Positions 20,770 to 30,576 of a DNA stretch of 64,000 nucleotides are shown here, piece after piece; position 1 is the stretch's first letter; every line of letters starts with the position of its first letter. The translations under genes and the position numbers were made by a program. Source of the stretch: Planctomycetota bacterium (GTDB taxonomy: Bacteria; Planctomycetota; UBA8108; SXIK01). The notes under the pieces were generated by a model, which had not been told where the DNA came from, ran no database searches, and saw only the letters and a list, made by a program, of their open reading frames with translations. Location of the stretch: assembly GCA_965223845.1 (NCBI GenBank), contig CBDCXR010000004.1, positions 4,576,001 through 4,640,000 on the forward strand, read 5' to 3'.

Positions 20770-20785
20770 ACTAGAAGATTCTAGT
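20770..20785. promoter_or_regulatory. Candidate BlaI-family operator (perfect inverted repeat ACTAGAA-GA-TTCTAGT)
   Basis: 7-bp palindrome in an AT-rich patch 70 bp upstream of blaI; BlaI/MecI/CopY repressors autoregulate at such palindromes. Confidence 0.6.
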
Positions 20786-20854
20786 GGACCCGGCGCTCGA
20801 TCTCGACCACCTTCTATGAAACTCGAAGATCAGTGGAAAGCGAGGTGCGAACCG

Positions 20855-21247
20855 ATGGCCCGACCCGCAGCCGCCCACCCGACCGAGCTCGAGCTGCAGA
20901 TCCTCAAGATTCTGTGGCACGAGTCCCCCCAGCGCGTGCGCGACATCCGCCTCGCGCTCGCCAACGAAGGGCGGGACGTCGCGCACACCTCGGTCATCAC
21001 GACTCTCAATTCGATGTTCGAAAAGCGTCTCCTCAAGCGGCAGAAGGATGCCAATGCGTTTCTCTTCGCGCCGCGGGTGAGTCGCGAACAGACTTCACGG
21101 CGGATGCTCGGCGACGTCGTCGGGCGGGTGTTCGACGGCTCAGCGAAGCAGGTCATGCTCAGCCTGTTCGATTGCGCGGACATCGACGCGGACGAGCTAA
21201 AGGAGCTGCGGCGGCTGATCAACTCCCGCATTCGGGAATCGTCCTGA
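20855..21247 (+). CDS. BlaI/MecI/CopY family transcriptional repressor
   Basis: PTELELQILKILW...VRDI...AHTSVITTLNSMFEKRLL...VFDGSAKQVMLSL...ELKELRRLI; GAGG RBS before ATG 20855. Confidence 0.93.
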   Translation: MARPAAAHPTELELQILKILWHESPQRVRDIRLALANEGRDVAHTSVITTLNSMFEKRLLKRQKDANAFLFAPRVSREQTSRRMLGDVVGRVFDGSAKQVMLSLFDCADIDADELKELRRLINSRIRESS

Positions 21248-21271
21248 CGGAAACGGAAAGGAGGCCCCACG

Positions 21272-23434
21272 GTGAACGTCTTCGAAGCCCTGAACTCATT
21301 TGTTCCGCTCGATAGCGAACTGTGTGTCCGCTGGACGCAGACGCTCCTCCATTCGGTGTGGCAGGGGATCGCCGCCGCCCTGGTAGTATTCTCCGTGAGC
21401 CGCCTCGGGAGGGCTTCCGCGCAGACTCGGTATTCGGTGAACGTCGTCGCGATTCTTCTGCTCGCGATCGCGTTGCCGGTGACGTTCGTCTCGGTGCCGG
21501 CTCGAGTCGCAGACGCTCCGGACGGGGCGGCGGCGCGAGGCGCGAACGCGTCAGTGACGCCAGAAGCGGCGACGCCCACCGAAGCCGCGACTCGAGACGT
21601 CACCGCATCGGCCGACGAACCGGCTCTCGCCCCGCTCCCTGTTCCCGCAGCTCCGCGGCACCGCTCTCTCGAGCTCGCTGACATCGCGCCGCTCGCCACC
21701 GTCCTCTACGCCTTGGGAGTTTTCTTCATGCTCGCCCGACTCGCGCGGGCGGTGTGGAGCAGCCGCGGTTTGCGGCACCGCGCCACGCCCATTACCGACG
21801 GCGAGGCGCTCGCGATCCTGCGCCGGCAAGCTCGACGCGCAGGCCTCCGGGCGACGCCGGCGTTCGCGACCTGCCGGCGGATCACCGTTCCAGTCGTGGT
21901 CGGCGTCGTTCGACCAAGCATCCTCCTCCCGCTTTCGCTCGCGTCGGGACTCGCTCCGGCCCATCTCGAAGCAATCCTCGCGCACGAGCTCGCTCACGTG
22001 CGCCGTCACGACGTCCTCGTTCATCTGTTCCTGCGCTTGATCGAGGCGCTCCTGTTCTTCCATCCCGCCGTCTGGTACGTGAGCCGCCGAATTCGGATCG
22101 AGCGAGAACGAGTGTGCGACGATCTCGCTATCGCCTCGGGCTGCGAGCGTTCGAACTACGTCGATGCGCTTCTGGGAATCGCCGAACGCACTCGACCGGC
22201 GTGGCCGAGCGAGGCGATCGCGCTCGCTGCCTCCGGAGCTCGCCCTTCGGAGTTCAAGCGCCGGATCCTGCGGCTGCTCGGAGAGCGCGAGGTCGACGAG
22301 CGCTTCACTCGCGCCGCGCTCTGCGTGCACCTCGCTCTCGTCGCGTCGCTCCTCGCCGTTCCCGTCGTCGCGCGAGGTCTCGAGAGCGAACGACCGCCGA
22401 CCGACGTGGTGAGAACCGACGATCGAGATGAGCCTCTCGCGAGCCGGCCGAAGGAGGATCCCGAAGCTCCGCGCCCCGTCGAGGAACATCCCGAGACGCC
22501 GACACCGTCGACCGCGCCGGCGAGCTCGGGAGTGGTCGTCTGGCGGATCGACTGCACGAGCCCCGCGCGGACGAGCGCCGACGCGAGAAAGTTCGGCGAC
22601 AAAAGGTTTCGTTCGATCCTGCAGGTCGCAAAGTCGTTCGACATCCCGCCGACGGACATTCTCATCAGCGACCCCACCATGACGAGTCGGCGAGATCGCA
22701 ACGACGACGAGAGGATCCTTGGACACGAACAGCGGCAGACTCTCTGGATCCTCCAGCAAGACACAACTCAGTTCGATGTGCTCTTCGCGAAGATCGCGCA
22801 GTTCGCATCGGAGCATGTACGGCTCCAGGTCGAGTTCGTGATGAAAGAAGCGTGGACTCTTTCTCCCGTTTCCGACCCCGACGCAGTCTACTGGTCGACG
22901 ACGCTCCGCGGTTCCGCGGACAAACTCTTCCGTGCGAAGGAGTGGTACGAGAAGAGCGAGCGAAGCCTCCGTGAGATTCTCGATTCCTTTGCGATCGGAA
23001 AAACCGAGCTCGCGATCGGTCCCCCGCGCGTGAAGACCCACCTCAGTAAGACGGAACCCACCCGACCGAGCGGGTACTCGTTCACGCGCGATTTAGAGTT
23101 CGTGCTCCGCGACTCCTCGCGCTTCGAAGCGCTGTTCGAGGCCCTCTCGAAGAAGTTGGGGGACGACACCCGACTCGAATACCGCGTCGGAGCACGCGTC
23201 GAGACGCACTCGTCGCGCCGATTCATCGCTCGACTGCGCGAGCTCCAACGCGATCAGTCGCCGACGCTCACGTCCCCGGCGACGGTGAAGCGGATCGAGG
23301 CCTACGAGTGGGCCTTTCGTCTCCAGACGCTCATCGGCGGATCGGTGGGGAGAATGAGAACGCTCGAATCGGTCGAGCGGGCCGAGTCTCGCTCGGACGA
23401 TTCGGCCGACTCGGATTCGAAACTTCGCTTCTGA
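21272..23434 (+). CDS. BlaR1-type M56 metallopeptidase with tandem SIMPL-like C-terminal domains
   Basis: LLHSVWQG, PVVVGVVRPSILLP, ILAHELAHVRRHD, FFHPAVW...ERERVCDD; directly downstream of blaI. Confidence 0.9.
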   Translation: MNVFEALNSFVPLDSELCVRWTQTLLHSVWQGIAAALVVFSVSRLGRASAQTRYSVNVVAILLLAIALPVTFVSVPARVADAPDGAAARGANASVTPEAATPTEAATRDVTASADEPALAPLPVPAAPRHRSLELADIAPLATVLYALGVFFMLARLARAVWSSRGLRHRATPITDGEALAILRRQARRAGLRATPAFATCRRITVPVVVGVVRPSILLPLSLASGLAPAHLEAILAHELAHVRRHDVLVHLFLRLIEALLFFHPAVWYVSRRIRIERERVCDDLAIASGCERSNYVDALLGIAERTRPAWPSEAIALAASGARPSEFKRRILRLLGEREVDERFTRAALCVHLALVASLLAVPVVARGLESERPPTDVVRTDDRDEPLASRPKEDPEAPRPVEEHPETPTPSTAPASSGVVVWRIDCTSPARTSADARKFGDKRFRSILQVAKSFDIPPTDILISDPTMTSRRDRNDDERILGHEQRQTLWILQQDTTQFDVLFAKIAQFASEHVRLQVEFVMKEAWTLSPVSDPDAVYWSTTLRGSADKLFRAKEWYEKSERSLREILDSFAIGKTELAIGPPRVKTHLSKTEPTRPSGYSFTRDLEFVLRDSSRFEALFEALSKKLGDDTRLEYRVGARVETHSSRRFIARLRELQRDQSPTLTSPATVKRIEAYEWAFRLQTLIGGSVGRMRTLESVERAESRSDDSADSDSKLRF

Positions 23435-23463
23435 GCCGGTGCGCACGGAACTACCCTGGGGGC

Positions 23464-23997
23464 ATGCAGCAGAACGAGCCCCGAGACCGACCGCTTCTCG
23501 TTCGATCCGCCGAGCGGGCCGACATCGCCGCCCTCACTCGGATCTTGAATCACTACATTCGAGAGACGCACATCACGTTCAACACAGAGGTGGTCTCCGA
23601 GGATGCTCGTATTGCGTGGCTCGAATCGTTCTCTCCGAGCGGCCCGCATCGTCTGCTCGTCGCCGCGATCGACGAGCGCGTCGTCGGCTGGGCCTCGAGC
23701 CACTCGCTCCGGTCGCAGGCCGCGTACCATCGCTCGGTCGAGACATCGATCTATCTCGACGCCGACAACTGCGGCCGGGGCGTCGGCCGCGCGCTCTATT
23801 CGCGCCTCCTCGATGAGCTTCGCCGCGAGAGCTCGGTGCATCGCGCGTTCGCCGGCATCGCGCTCCCGAATCCGGCATCGATCGCGCTTCACGAGCGACT
23901 AGGCTTCGAGGTCGTCGGGACGTTTCGCGAGGTCGGCCACAAATTCGGCCGGTACTGGGACGTGCGCTGGTACGAGAAAGATCTTTCGGGGAATTGA
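23464..23997 (+). CDS. GNAT N-acetyltransferase (phosphinothricin/methionine-sulfoximine acetyltransferase-like)
   Basis: ILNHYIRETHITF, AYHRSVETSIYL, GRGVGRALY, PNPASIALHERLGF...VGHKFGRYWD. Confidence 0.92.
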   Translation: MQQNEPRDRPLLVRSAERADIAALTRILNHYIRETHITFNTEVVSEDARIAWLESFSPSGPHRLLVAAIDERVVGWASSHSLRSQAAYHRSVETSIYLDADNCGRGVGRALYSRLLDELRRESSVHRAFAGIALPNPASIALHERLGFEVVGTFREVGHKFGRYWDVRWYEKDLSGN

Positions 23998-24792
23998 CGC
24001 CGTTCTCGTTCCCCTACCCGTCCCCGATCAGTCCGCCGCGTCCGAATCGATCTCGGCGATCAACCCGTCGACCTCACTTCGCGATCCGCGCGACTCCGCG
24101 AAATCGAGCAGCGCTTGATCGTGAGCCAACTGCTTCGGCCTGAGCTCGGGCGTGATCGCGGCGCCGAGTCGACGTCTCGCGGTCGACGTCGCAACAGAAG
24201 AGCGACTGTCGCTTCGCGAACCGCGCCGGCGAACCACGTTCGCGAGACGGACCCGCGGTCACGTCATTACTCGAAAGCCTTCGCTGTCCCGATCACCACA
24301 CCGCGCTCGGATGGTTGATCTATTGAGCGAAATATGTCGCGTTTTTAGGTCATATTCGAGTCGGCGCGGGAAAAATCTCCCGATCGTCTGTGAGTTTTAA
24401 CGCACCGCTCTTACCAGCTTCGCAACCGCGCGGCGAAGCGTTGGTATCGATGTCGATCGATGCTACTCTCACGCGTCGAAGCGAGAACCTCGGAAGCGCG
24501 ACACGTACTTCAGAGCGACGTCGACTCGCTCACGCGAATGGAACGAAATCGCTTCCGTTCGAATCCCGCGATCGCCAAGCGAAGACGGCGGTGCTCGTAG
24601 CCGACGACGTCGACGAGACGAGCGACTCGGCCGATCGGCGCGCCAAGCGGCGATCGAAGGAACGTCGACACGCGGCGCGGCTTTCGACGGTTCCGTTCCG
24701 CACTGACTCGCGGCCTTTCGTTGTGTCGGCTCCTCGAGGAGGAGCGCGGATGGTGCGGCGAGTCGATCCCGATTGGAGAAAGCAAGAGACCA

Positions 24793-26154
24793 TTGAACAC
24801 CCGCCGACTCCCTCTCCATCGTCGTTGCCTCACCGGCGCGACGGCGCTTCTTTTCGTTTCTAGCGCAGCTCTCTTCGCCGGTGACGTCGACGCTCCTCAA
24901 AAACCGCTCGGTTCCTCCGGCCCGCCGTCGATCGATACGGTCGCCGCCGCGCCCGCCGCGCCGTCTCCGGCGATCGACGGGGCGAGCGCACCGCCGGGAG
25001 AACCGCATCTCGGGCTGCTCGACTCGCTCTGGGAGGCACTTTCGGAAGGGGACGTTCTTCTCAATCTCCGCGCCCGCGCCGAGATCGTCGAGCAGGACGG
25101 AACGGACACCGCGCAAGCGTACACGGAGCGCCTGCGTCTCGGATACGAGACCGGCTCGTTTCACGGATTCTCGCTCCTCGCCGAGTTCGAGGACATTCGC
25201 TCGGCCGACGAGAGCCTCTACAACGCCGCCGGACTAAACGGTGAGCCGAACAAAGCGATGGTTTTCGATCCCGAAGACACAGAGCTCAATCAGTTCCTCG
25301 CTCGCTACAAGAGTGAGTACGTCAACGTCGTCGCCGGACGTCAGCGGCTCCTGCTCGACGACCATCGCTTCGTCGGCAACGTCGGCTGGCGACAAAACGA
25401 ACAGACCTTCGATGCCTATACGGTGTCGTCCACCCGGATTCCCGATACGTCGCTTCTCTACAGCTACGTCGACGACGTCAACCGCATCTTCGGCCCCGAC
25501 TCGGGTCGCGACTTTGAGTCCGACTCGCACCTCCTCAACGCGTCCTACTCGGGGCTTCCCGTTGGGAAGCTCACGGCGTATTCCTACTTTCTCGATTTCC
25601 CGAACGCCGACGCCAACTCGTCCAACTCCTTCGGCGCTCGTCTGACCGGCTCACAAGAGGTCGCCTCCGATTTCGATCTGCGTTACGCCGCCGCGTACGC
25701 GTACCAGGTCGACGCGGCGAACAATCCGAACGACTACGAAGCTCACTACTACTCGGCCGAAGGAGTCATCGCGAAGAAGGGACTCGGAAGACTCGGCGTC
25801 GGCTACGAGGTTCTCGGGAGCGACCACGGGAACTTCGCGTTCCGCACGCCTCTCGCCACGCTCCACAAGTTCAGCGGCTGGACGGATCTCTTTCTCGTGA
25901 CACCGCCGGACGGACTCGAGGACGTCTACATCCTCGCCGGTGTCGATCTACCGTTCGGAATCCAATCGCTCGCGGTCTACCACTTCTTCTTCTCCGAGGA
26001 TCGCAGCCGCGATCTCGGCGGCGAGATCGATGCCGTCATGAGCAAGACCTTTGCGGATCGCGTCACCGTCCTCGGGAAGCTCGCGATCTTTCACAGCGAA
26101 TCCGAGCTGCCCAAGACGCAGAAGTTTTGGGTCCAGGTCGAGCTCAAGATCTGA
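24793..26154 (+). CDS. Alginate-export-family outer membrane beta-barrel (start uncertain)
   Basis: Signal peptide; GRQRLLLDDHRFVGNVGWRQNEQTFD; FRTPLATLHKFSGWTDLF; C-terminal beta strand KFWVQVELKI. Confidence 0.82.
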   Translation: MNTRRLPLHRRCLTGATALLFVSSAALFAGDVDAPQKPLGSSGPPSIDTVAAAPAAPSPAIDGASAPPGEPHLGLLDSLWEALSEGDVLLNLRARAEIVEQDGTDTAQAYTERLRLGYETGSFHGFSLLAEFEDIRSADESLYNAAGLNGEPNKAMVFDPEDTELNQFLARYKSEYVNVVAGRQRLLLDDHRFVGNVGWRQNEQTFDAYTVSSTRIPDTSLLYSYVDDVNRIFGPDSGRDFESDSHLLNASYSGLPVGKLTAYSYFLDFPNADANSSNSFGARLTGSQEVASDFDLRYAAAYAYQVDAANNPNDYEAHYYSAEGVIAKKGLGRLGVGYEVLGSDHGNFAFRTPLATLHKFSGWTDLFLVTPPDGLEDVYILAGVDLPFGIQSLAVYHFFFSEDRSRDLGGEIDAVMSKTFADRVTVLGKLAIFHSESELPKTQKFWVQVELKI

Positions 26155-26317
26155 CCGGCTCGAGAACGGATGGGGCCCGGCCGACTCCAACGTCGGCTTG
26201 CGCTCTCCCCGCGTTCTCCCTACGATCCCCGTGTCGACAAATTCGTGAGATTCGTAGCATCTGCGTGGACTTCGAGACTTCGGCTGCGAATCGTCCGACA
26301 CGCACGGAGATTCGTGG

Positions 26318-27682
26318 ATGGCCGAAACGCCGAGTGACGACGACGCGCTTCAACCGCTTCGGGACGCCCTCGCGGCCACGCCCCGCAACGTACCGCTCAG
26401 GAAGCACGTCGCGCAGCTCCTAGTCCAGCGAGGTCGCCTCGACGAGGCGGAAGCTGAGTACCGCCGCGCGCTCGGGGATGCGCCGGACGACGAAGATCTC
26501 AAGCTGTGTCTCGTCGACGTCTTCCGGCGCCAGCAAAAGCTCGGCGAGGCGACGGTTCTCATCGAAACGATCGTCGACGGTCCGGCGCCGTCGCCGAAAG
26601 CACTGATCGTGCACGCTCGGATTCTCGCTGAGACGGGCGAAGGGGATCGCGCGGCCCGTCAGTACCGGCGAGCGGTCGAGGAGAACCCCGAGCTGGCGGA
26701 CCCTGCCCTCGCGCTCGAGCTCGGTGTTTACGCGGAAGACGACCCCGAGTGCGTCGTCGACACGCGGCTGCGCGCGGCGGTGGACGGTGGCGCGGCCCCG
26801 CTCTCGGATTCGGGGTTCGAGATCGAGACGTCCGAGCTGACGTTCAAAGACGTCGGGGGAATGGACGACCTCAAGGAGGAGATCTCGATGAAGATCATCC
26901 TCCCGCTCACGCAGCCGGAACTCTTCGAAGCGTACGGAAAGAAAACCGGCGGCGGTATCCTTCTCTACGGCCCGCCCGGATGCGGGAAAACGCATCTCGC
27001 GCGAGCGACCGCCGGCGAGGTCAAAGCGTCGTTCATCTCGGTCGGGATTCACGACGTCCTCGATATGTGGATCGGGGAGAGCGAACGGAAACTGCACGAG
27101 CTGTTCGAGCAGGCCCGCCGCCATACCCCGTGCGTACTTTTCTTCGACGAAGTCGACGCGCTCGCGGCCGCGCGCTCCGACATGCGCGGATCGGCCGGTC
27201 GGCAGCTGATCAATCAGTTCCTCTCTGAGCTCGACGGGTTCAAAACGGCAAACGACGGCCTGCTCATCCTCGGTGCGACCAACGCACCCTGGCATCTCGA
27301 TGCGGCGTTTCGGCGCCCAGGACGATTTGACCGTGTTCTCTTCGTACCGCCGCCCGACCGCGACGCCCGCGCCGCGATCGCGCAAATTCTCCTCGAGGGG
27401 AAGCCGCAGGAGGGCGTCGATGCGGACACTCTCGCGAAGAAGACCGAGGGCTTCTCGGGGGCCGATCTCAAGGCGGTCGTCGAGGCGACGGTCGAAGCGA
27501 AGCTGCGCGAAGCGATCAAGTCGAAGAAGGCCTCGCCGATCCGCACCAAGGACCTCGTAGCGGCGCTGAAATCTGTGAAGCCGACTACGCGCGAATGGTT
27601 TGCGACGGCGAAGAACTACGCGCTCTACTCGAACACCGGCGGCGCGTACGACGACATCCTCGCGTACTTGAAGCTGAAGTAG
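26318..27682 (+). CDS. AAA+ ATPase with N-terminal TPR domain
   Basis: Walker A GPPGCGKT, pore loop MWIGESE, Walker B FFDEVD, SRH GATNAPWHLDAAFRRPGRFDR. Confidence 0.93.
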   Translation: MAETPSDDDALQPLRDALAATPRNVPLRKHVAQLLVQRGRLDEAEAEYRRALGDAPDDEDLKLCLVDVFRRQQKLGEATVLIETIVDGPAPSPKALIVHARILAETGEGDRAARQYRRAVEENPELADPALALELGVYAEDDPECVVDTRLRAAVDGGAAPLSDSGFEIETSELTFKDVGGMDDLKEEISMKIILPLTQPELFEAYGKKTGGGILLYGPPGCGKTHLARATAGEVKASFISVGIHDVLDMWIGESERKLHELFEQARRHTPCVLFFDEVDALAAARSDMRGSAGRQLINQFLSELDGFKTANDGLLILGATNAPWHLDAAFRRPGRFDRVLFVPPPDRDARAAIAQILLEGKPQEGVDADTLAKKTEGFSGADLKAVVEATVEAKLREAIKSKKASPIRTKDLVAALKSVKPTTREWFATAKNYALYSNTGGAYDDILAYLKLK

Positions 27683-27685
27683 TCG

Positions 27686-28921
27686 ATGAACCGAAACATC
27701 GAACGCGCGCAGCTCCTGCTTGAGCGTGGTCGTCCCGAGCTCGCCGAGAAGGAGGCCCGTACGGCTCTCATCGAAGATCCCGAGAGTCCGTACGCGCTCG
27801 CGATGCTCAGCCTCGCCCTCCTCGGGCAGGAGAAAAACGATGAGGCATACCGCACCGCGAAAACGGCGGTGAGCTCGGCTCCCGATTGGGACTACGGGCT
27901 CTTCGTCTTGTCGTCCGCCCTCCTCGGACTCGAGAGGCACGACGAGGCGCTCGACGCGATCGACCGGGCGCTCGAAATCGACCCCGAAGATGCCGACTTC
28001 TGGGCTCGGCGAGCGCATATTCTCATCCATCAGGAAAAGCTAGACGAGGCCCTCCTCGCAGCGAACAACGGCCTCGAGGTGGATCCGGAGGACGTGGATT
28101 GCGCGAACCTTCGCAGCCTGTGCCTTCAATCGCTCGGTCGAGTCCAAGAAGCGGGTGAAGCGGCGAAGCAAGCGCTGCGCTCCGATCCGGGCAGTGCGTT
28201 CGCGCACGCCAACAGCGGCTGGGCGTGTCTCCGGCGCGGCGATCACCGCCAGGCGGAGAAGCACTTTCGTGAGGCGCTTCGCCTCGAACCGGACTTCGAG
28301 TGGGCGCGCGAAGGGGTGATCACTTCGCTGAAGGCGCGAAGTCCGATCTACCGCGGGATGCTCAAGTACTTCTTCTGGATGTCGAATCTCGGAACGGCGA
28401 TGCAGTGGGTCGTCGTCATCGGAATCATCGTTGGGCGACGAGTTCTGCGCTCGATCTCCGAGAACCTCTCCGGTGTCCCTCAGTTCATAGTGATGGCGCT
28501 AGGGGTCGTCCTCGTCGCTTTCGTACTTCTCACGTGGATCGCCGATCCGCTCGCGAATTTCTTCCTGCTCGTCCATCCATTCGGTCGACTCGCGCTCCGC
28601 CGCCGCGAGCGAGCGGTGGCCTTGGTCGTCGGTGCGCTCCTACTGTCCGCGATCGGTCTCCTCTTCGGCTCGGCGGCGACGCTGGATCTGACGTGGGCAT
28701 ACGTTGCAGCGGGAGTCGCAGCCTACACGATTCCCGTCAGCTCGGGCTTCTCCGGCTCCTCGCGCACTCTCGCCATCGGCGCAGTGGCGATCGGAATCGT
28801 CGGTGTCGCCGCACTCGGTGCGTTCGTGGTCGGAAGTGAGCTCGCCGGACCGCTCACTTTGGTTTACATCTTGGCGGTACTCGCATTCACCTGGCTCGGC
28901 GGGGTCCCCGGGAGAGGGTAG
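27686..28921 (+). CDS. TPR repeat protein with C-terminal multi-pass membrane domain
   Basis: About six TPRs followed by about six hydrophobic helices; starts 3 bp after the AAA stop. Confidence 0.88.
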   Translation: MNRNIERAQLLLERGRPELAEKEARTALIEDPESPYALAMLSLALLGQEKNDEAYRTAKTAVSSAPDWDYGLFVLSSALLGLERHDEALDAIDRALEIDPEDADFWARRAHILIHQEKLDEALLAANNGLEVDPEDVDCANLRSLCLQSLGRVQEAGEAAKQALRSDPGSAFAHANSGWACLRRGDHRQAEKHFREALRLEPDFEWAREGVITSLKARSPIYRGMLKYFFWMSNLGTAMQWVVVIGIIVGRRVLRSISENLSGVPQFIVMALGVVLVAFVLLTWIADPLANFFLLVHPFGRLALRRRERAVALVVGALLLSAIGLLFGSAATLDLTWAYVAAGVAAYTIPVSSGFSGSSRTLAIGAVAIGIVGVAALGAFVVGSELAGPLTLVYILAVLAFTWLGGVPGRG

Positions 28922-28984
28922 ACCGATCTCGCGAGAGCACGATTGACCCAGCCGCGAACCCATCACCAACCGAGACACAGTTCT

Positions 28985-30256
28985 ATGAACCGCTTCACGC
29001 TGACGATCACCGTTCTCGCTCATCTCGGGCTTCACACGATATGTCTCGCCGCGGAGAACTGGCCGCGCTTTCGTGGTCCCACGGGACAGGGCGAGACATC
29101 CTCGACCGATCTCCCCACGAAATGGTCTGCGACAGAGAACATCGCGTGGAAGACGCCGATACCGGGCGACGGCTGGTCGTCGCCGATCGTCTACGGCGAC
29201 CGGATCTTCCTCACGTCGACGACGGACGACGGCGAGTCCTGCCGCGTGATTTGCATCGATCGAGCCGGCGGCGCGATCGTGTGGAACCGCGAGGTCTTTC
29301 GGCAGTCGCCCAAGAAGAAAGAGCGCGAGAATTCGTACGCGACGCCCACCCCGGTGACCGACGGAGAGCGAGTGTTCGCGGTGTTCGGAGACGGAAGCTT
29401 CGCGGCAGTGGACTACGAGGGGAAGACCGCATGGACCAATCGCGAAGCGAAGTTCTACAGCCAGCACGGCCTCGGAGCGTCTCCGATTCTCTATCGCGAT
29501 CTCCTCATCATGACGTTCGACGGGAGCCAAGAAACAGGCGAACTCCGAATCGGTTGGCAGCTCCCGTGGGACAAGTCCTACGTGATCGCGCTCGACAAGC
29601 GGACGGGCAAGGAGCGGTGGAAGACGCCGCGCGGGACGTCGCGGATCGCGCATCTGACTCCGGCCGTGCTGCGCGAGGAAGGACGCCCCGACCTTATCCT
29701 CAGCGCCGCGGGAGACGTCGTGCAGACGTTCGATCCGCGAAACGGCGCCATCGTGTGGACAGTTGACAGCAAGGGCGAAGGTGTCGTTCCGTCGCCGGTG
29801 ATCGGCGACGGCCTCGTGTTCACGATCAGCGGATTCATGAAACACCGCATTCGAACGATCCGGACGGGCGGGAAGGGGAACGTCACCGCGACGCACATCG
29901 AATGGGACGACAATCAAGCGGTGTCGCGAATTCCATCGATGATCTACAAGAAGCCGTATCTTTTCTCGATCACCGATCGGGGCGGGATTGCCGTGTGCCG
30001 GGAGGCTAAGACCGGCACCATCGTCTGGCGCGAGCGCATCGGCGGCGACTACTATCCCTCGCCGATTCTCTCGAGTGACAAGATCTACTTTCTCTCGCGG
30101 ACGGGGGAGACCGTCATCGTTCGCGCCGGGCCGAAGTTCGAGATCCTCGCTCGGAACTCGATCGACGAACCGTGCCAGGCGTCACCCGCGGTGTACGGCC
30201 GGCAGATCTTTGTCCGCTCGGAAAAGAACCTGTTCTGTATCGGTGAGTCCGACTGA
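28985..30256 (+). CDS. PQQ-binding-like beta-propeller repeat protein
   Basis: Signal peptide, ENWPRFRGPTGQG, WKTPIPGDGWSSPIV, repeated ALDKRTGKERW and SP motifs. Confidence 0.92.
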   Translation: MNRFTLTITVLAHLGLHTICLAAENWPRFRGPTGQGETSSTDLPTKWSATENIAWKTPIPGDGWSSPIVYGDRIFLTSTTDDGESCRVICIDRAGGAIVWNREVFRQSPKKKERENSYATPTPVTDGERVFAVFGDGSFAAVDYEGKTAWTNREAKFYSQHGLGASPILYRDLLIMTFDGSQETGELRIGWQLPWDKSYVIALDKRTGKERWKTPRGTSRIAHLTPAVLREEGRPDLILSAAGDVVQTFDPRNGAIVWTVDSKGEGVVPSPVIGDGLVFTISGFMKHRIRTIRTGGKGNVTATHIEWDDNQAVSRIPSMIYKKPYLFSITDRGGIAVCREAKTGTIVWRERIGGDYYPSPILSSDKIYFLSRTGETVIVRAGPKFEILARNSIDEPCQASPAVYGRQIFVRSEKNLFCIGESD

Positions 30257-30576
30257 TCCTCGGCCCGCGATCGGTCGAGTCTTTTCTTTCTCACGGCGAG
30301 TGAGTTCAATGGCTCGATCTTTGTCCGGACCGAGTGAGCCCGTAGATCGGCCCGGATGCTTCCGCTGCATCACCGCGTAAGCGCGCTGGGTCCGAACCGC
30401 GCCCATCCGTTCGCTCGGATGGCGAAGCGAGGCGTACCCGCGTTCGCTAGGCGTATGTCGTAGTGAACCATCCGGACTCGCCCTTCGAGCGTGAGAGACG
30501 CGTGTTCCGCTGCACGCAACGGCTCGATGGGAGAGATCGCGCGGGGTCTCTCCTTTTCGAGATAGGAGCACGCCCG

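Noticed and set aside
24028-24237. 69-aa minus-strand ORF with a protein-like tail
   Set aside because: No recognisable family or RBS; at most a remnant.
24315-24555. FNR half-site (TTGAT) and TGGAACGAAATCGCT sigma54-like site upstream of the porin
   Set aside because: There is no matching ATCAA half-site, and the GG-GC spacing is 9 rather than the required 10.
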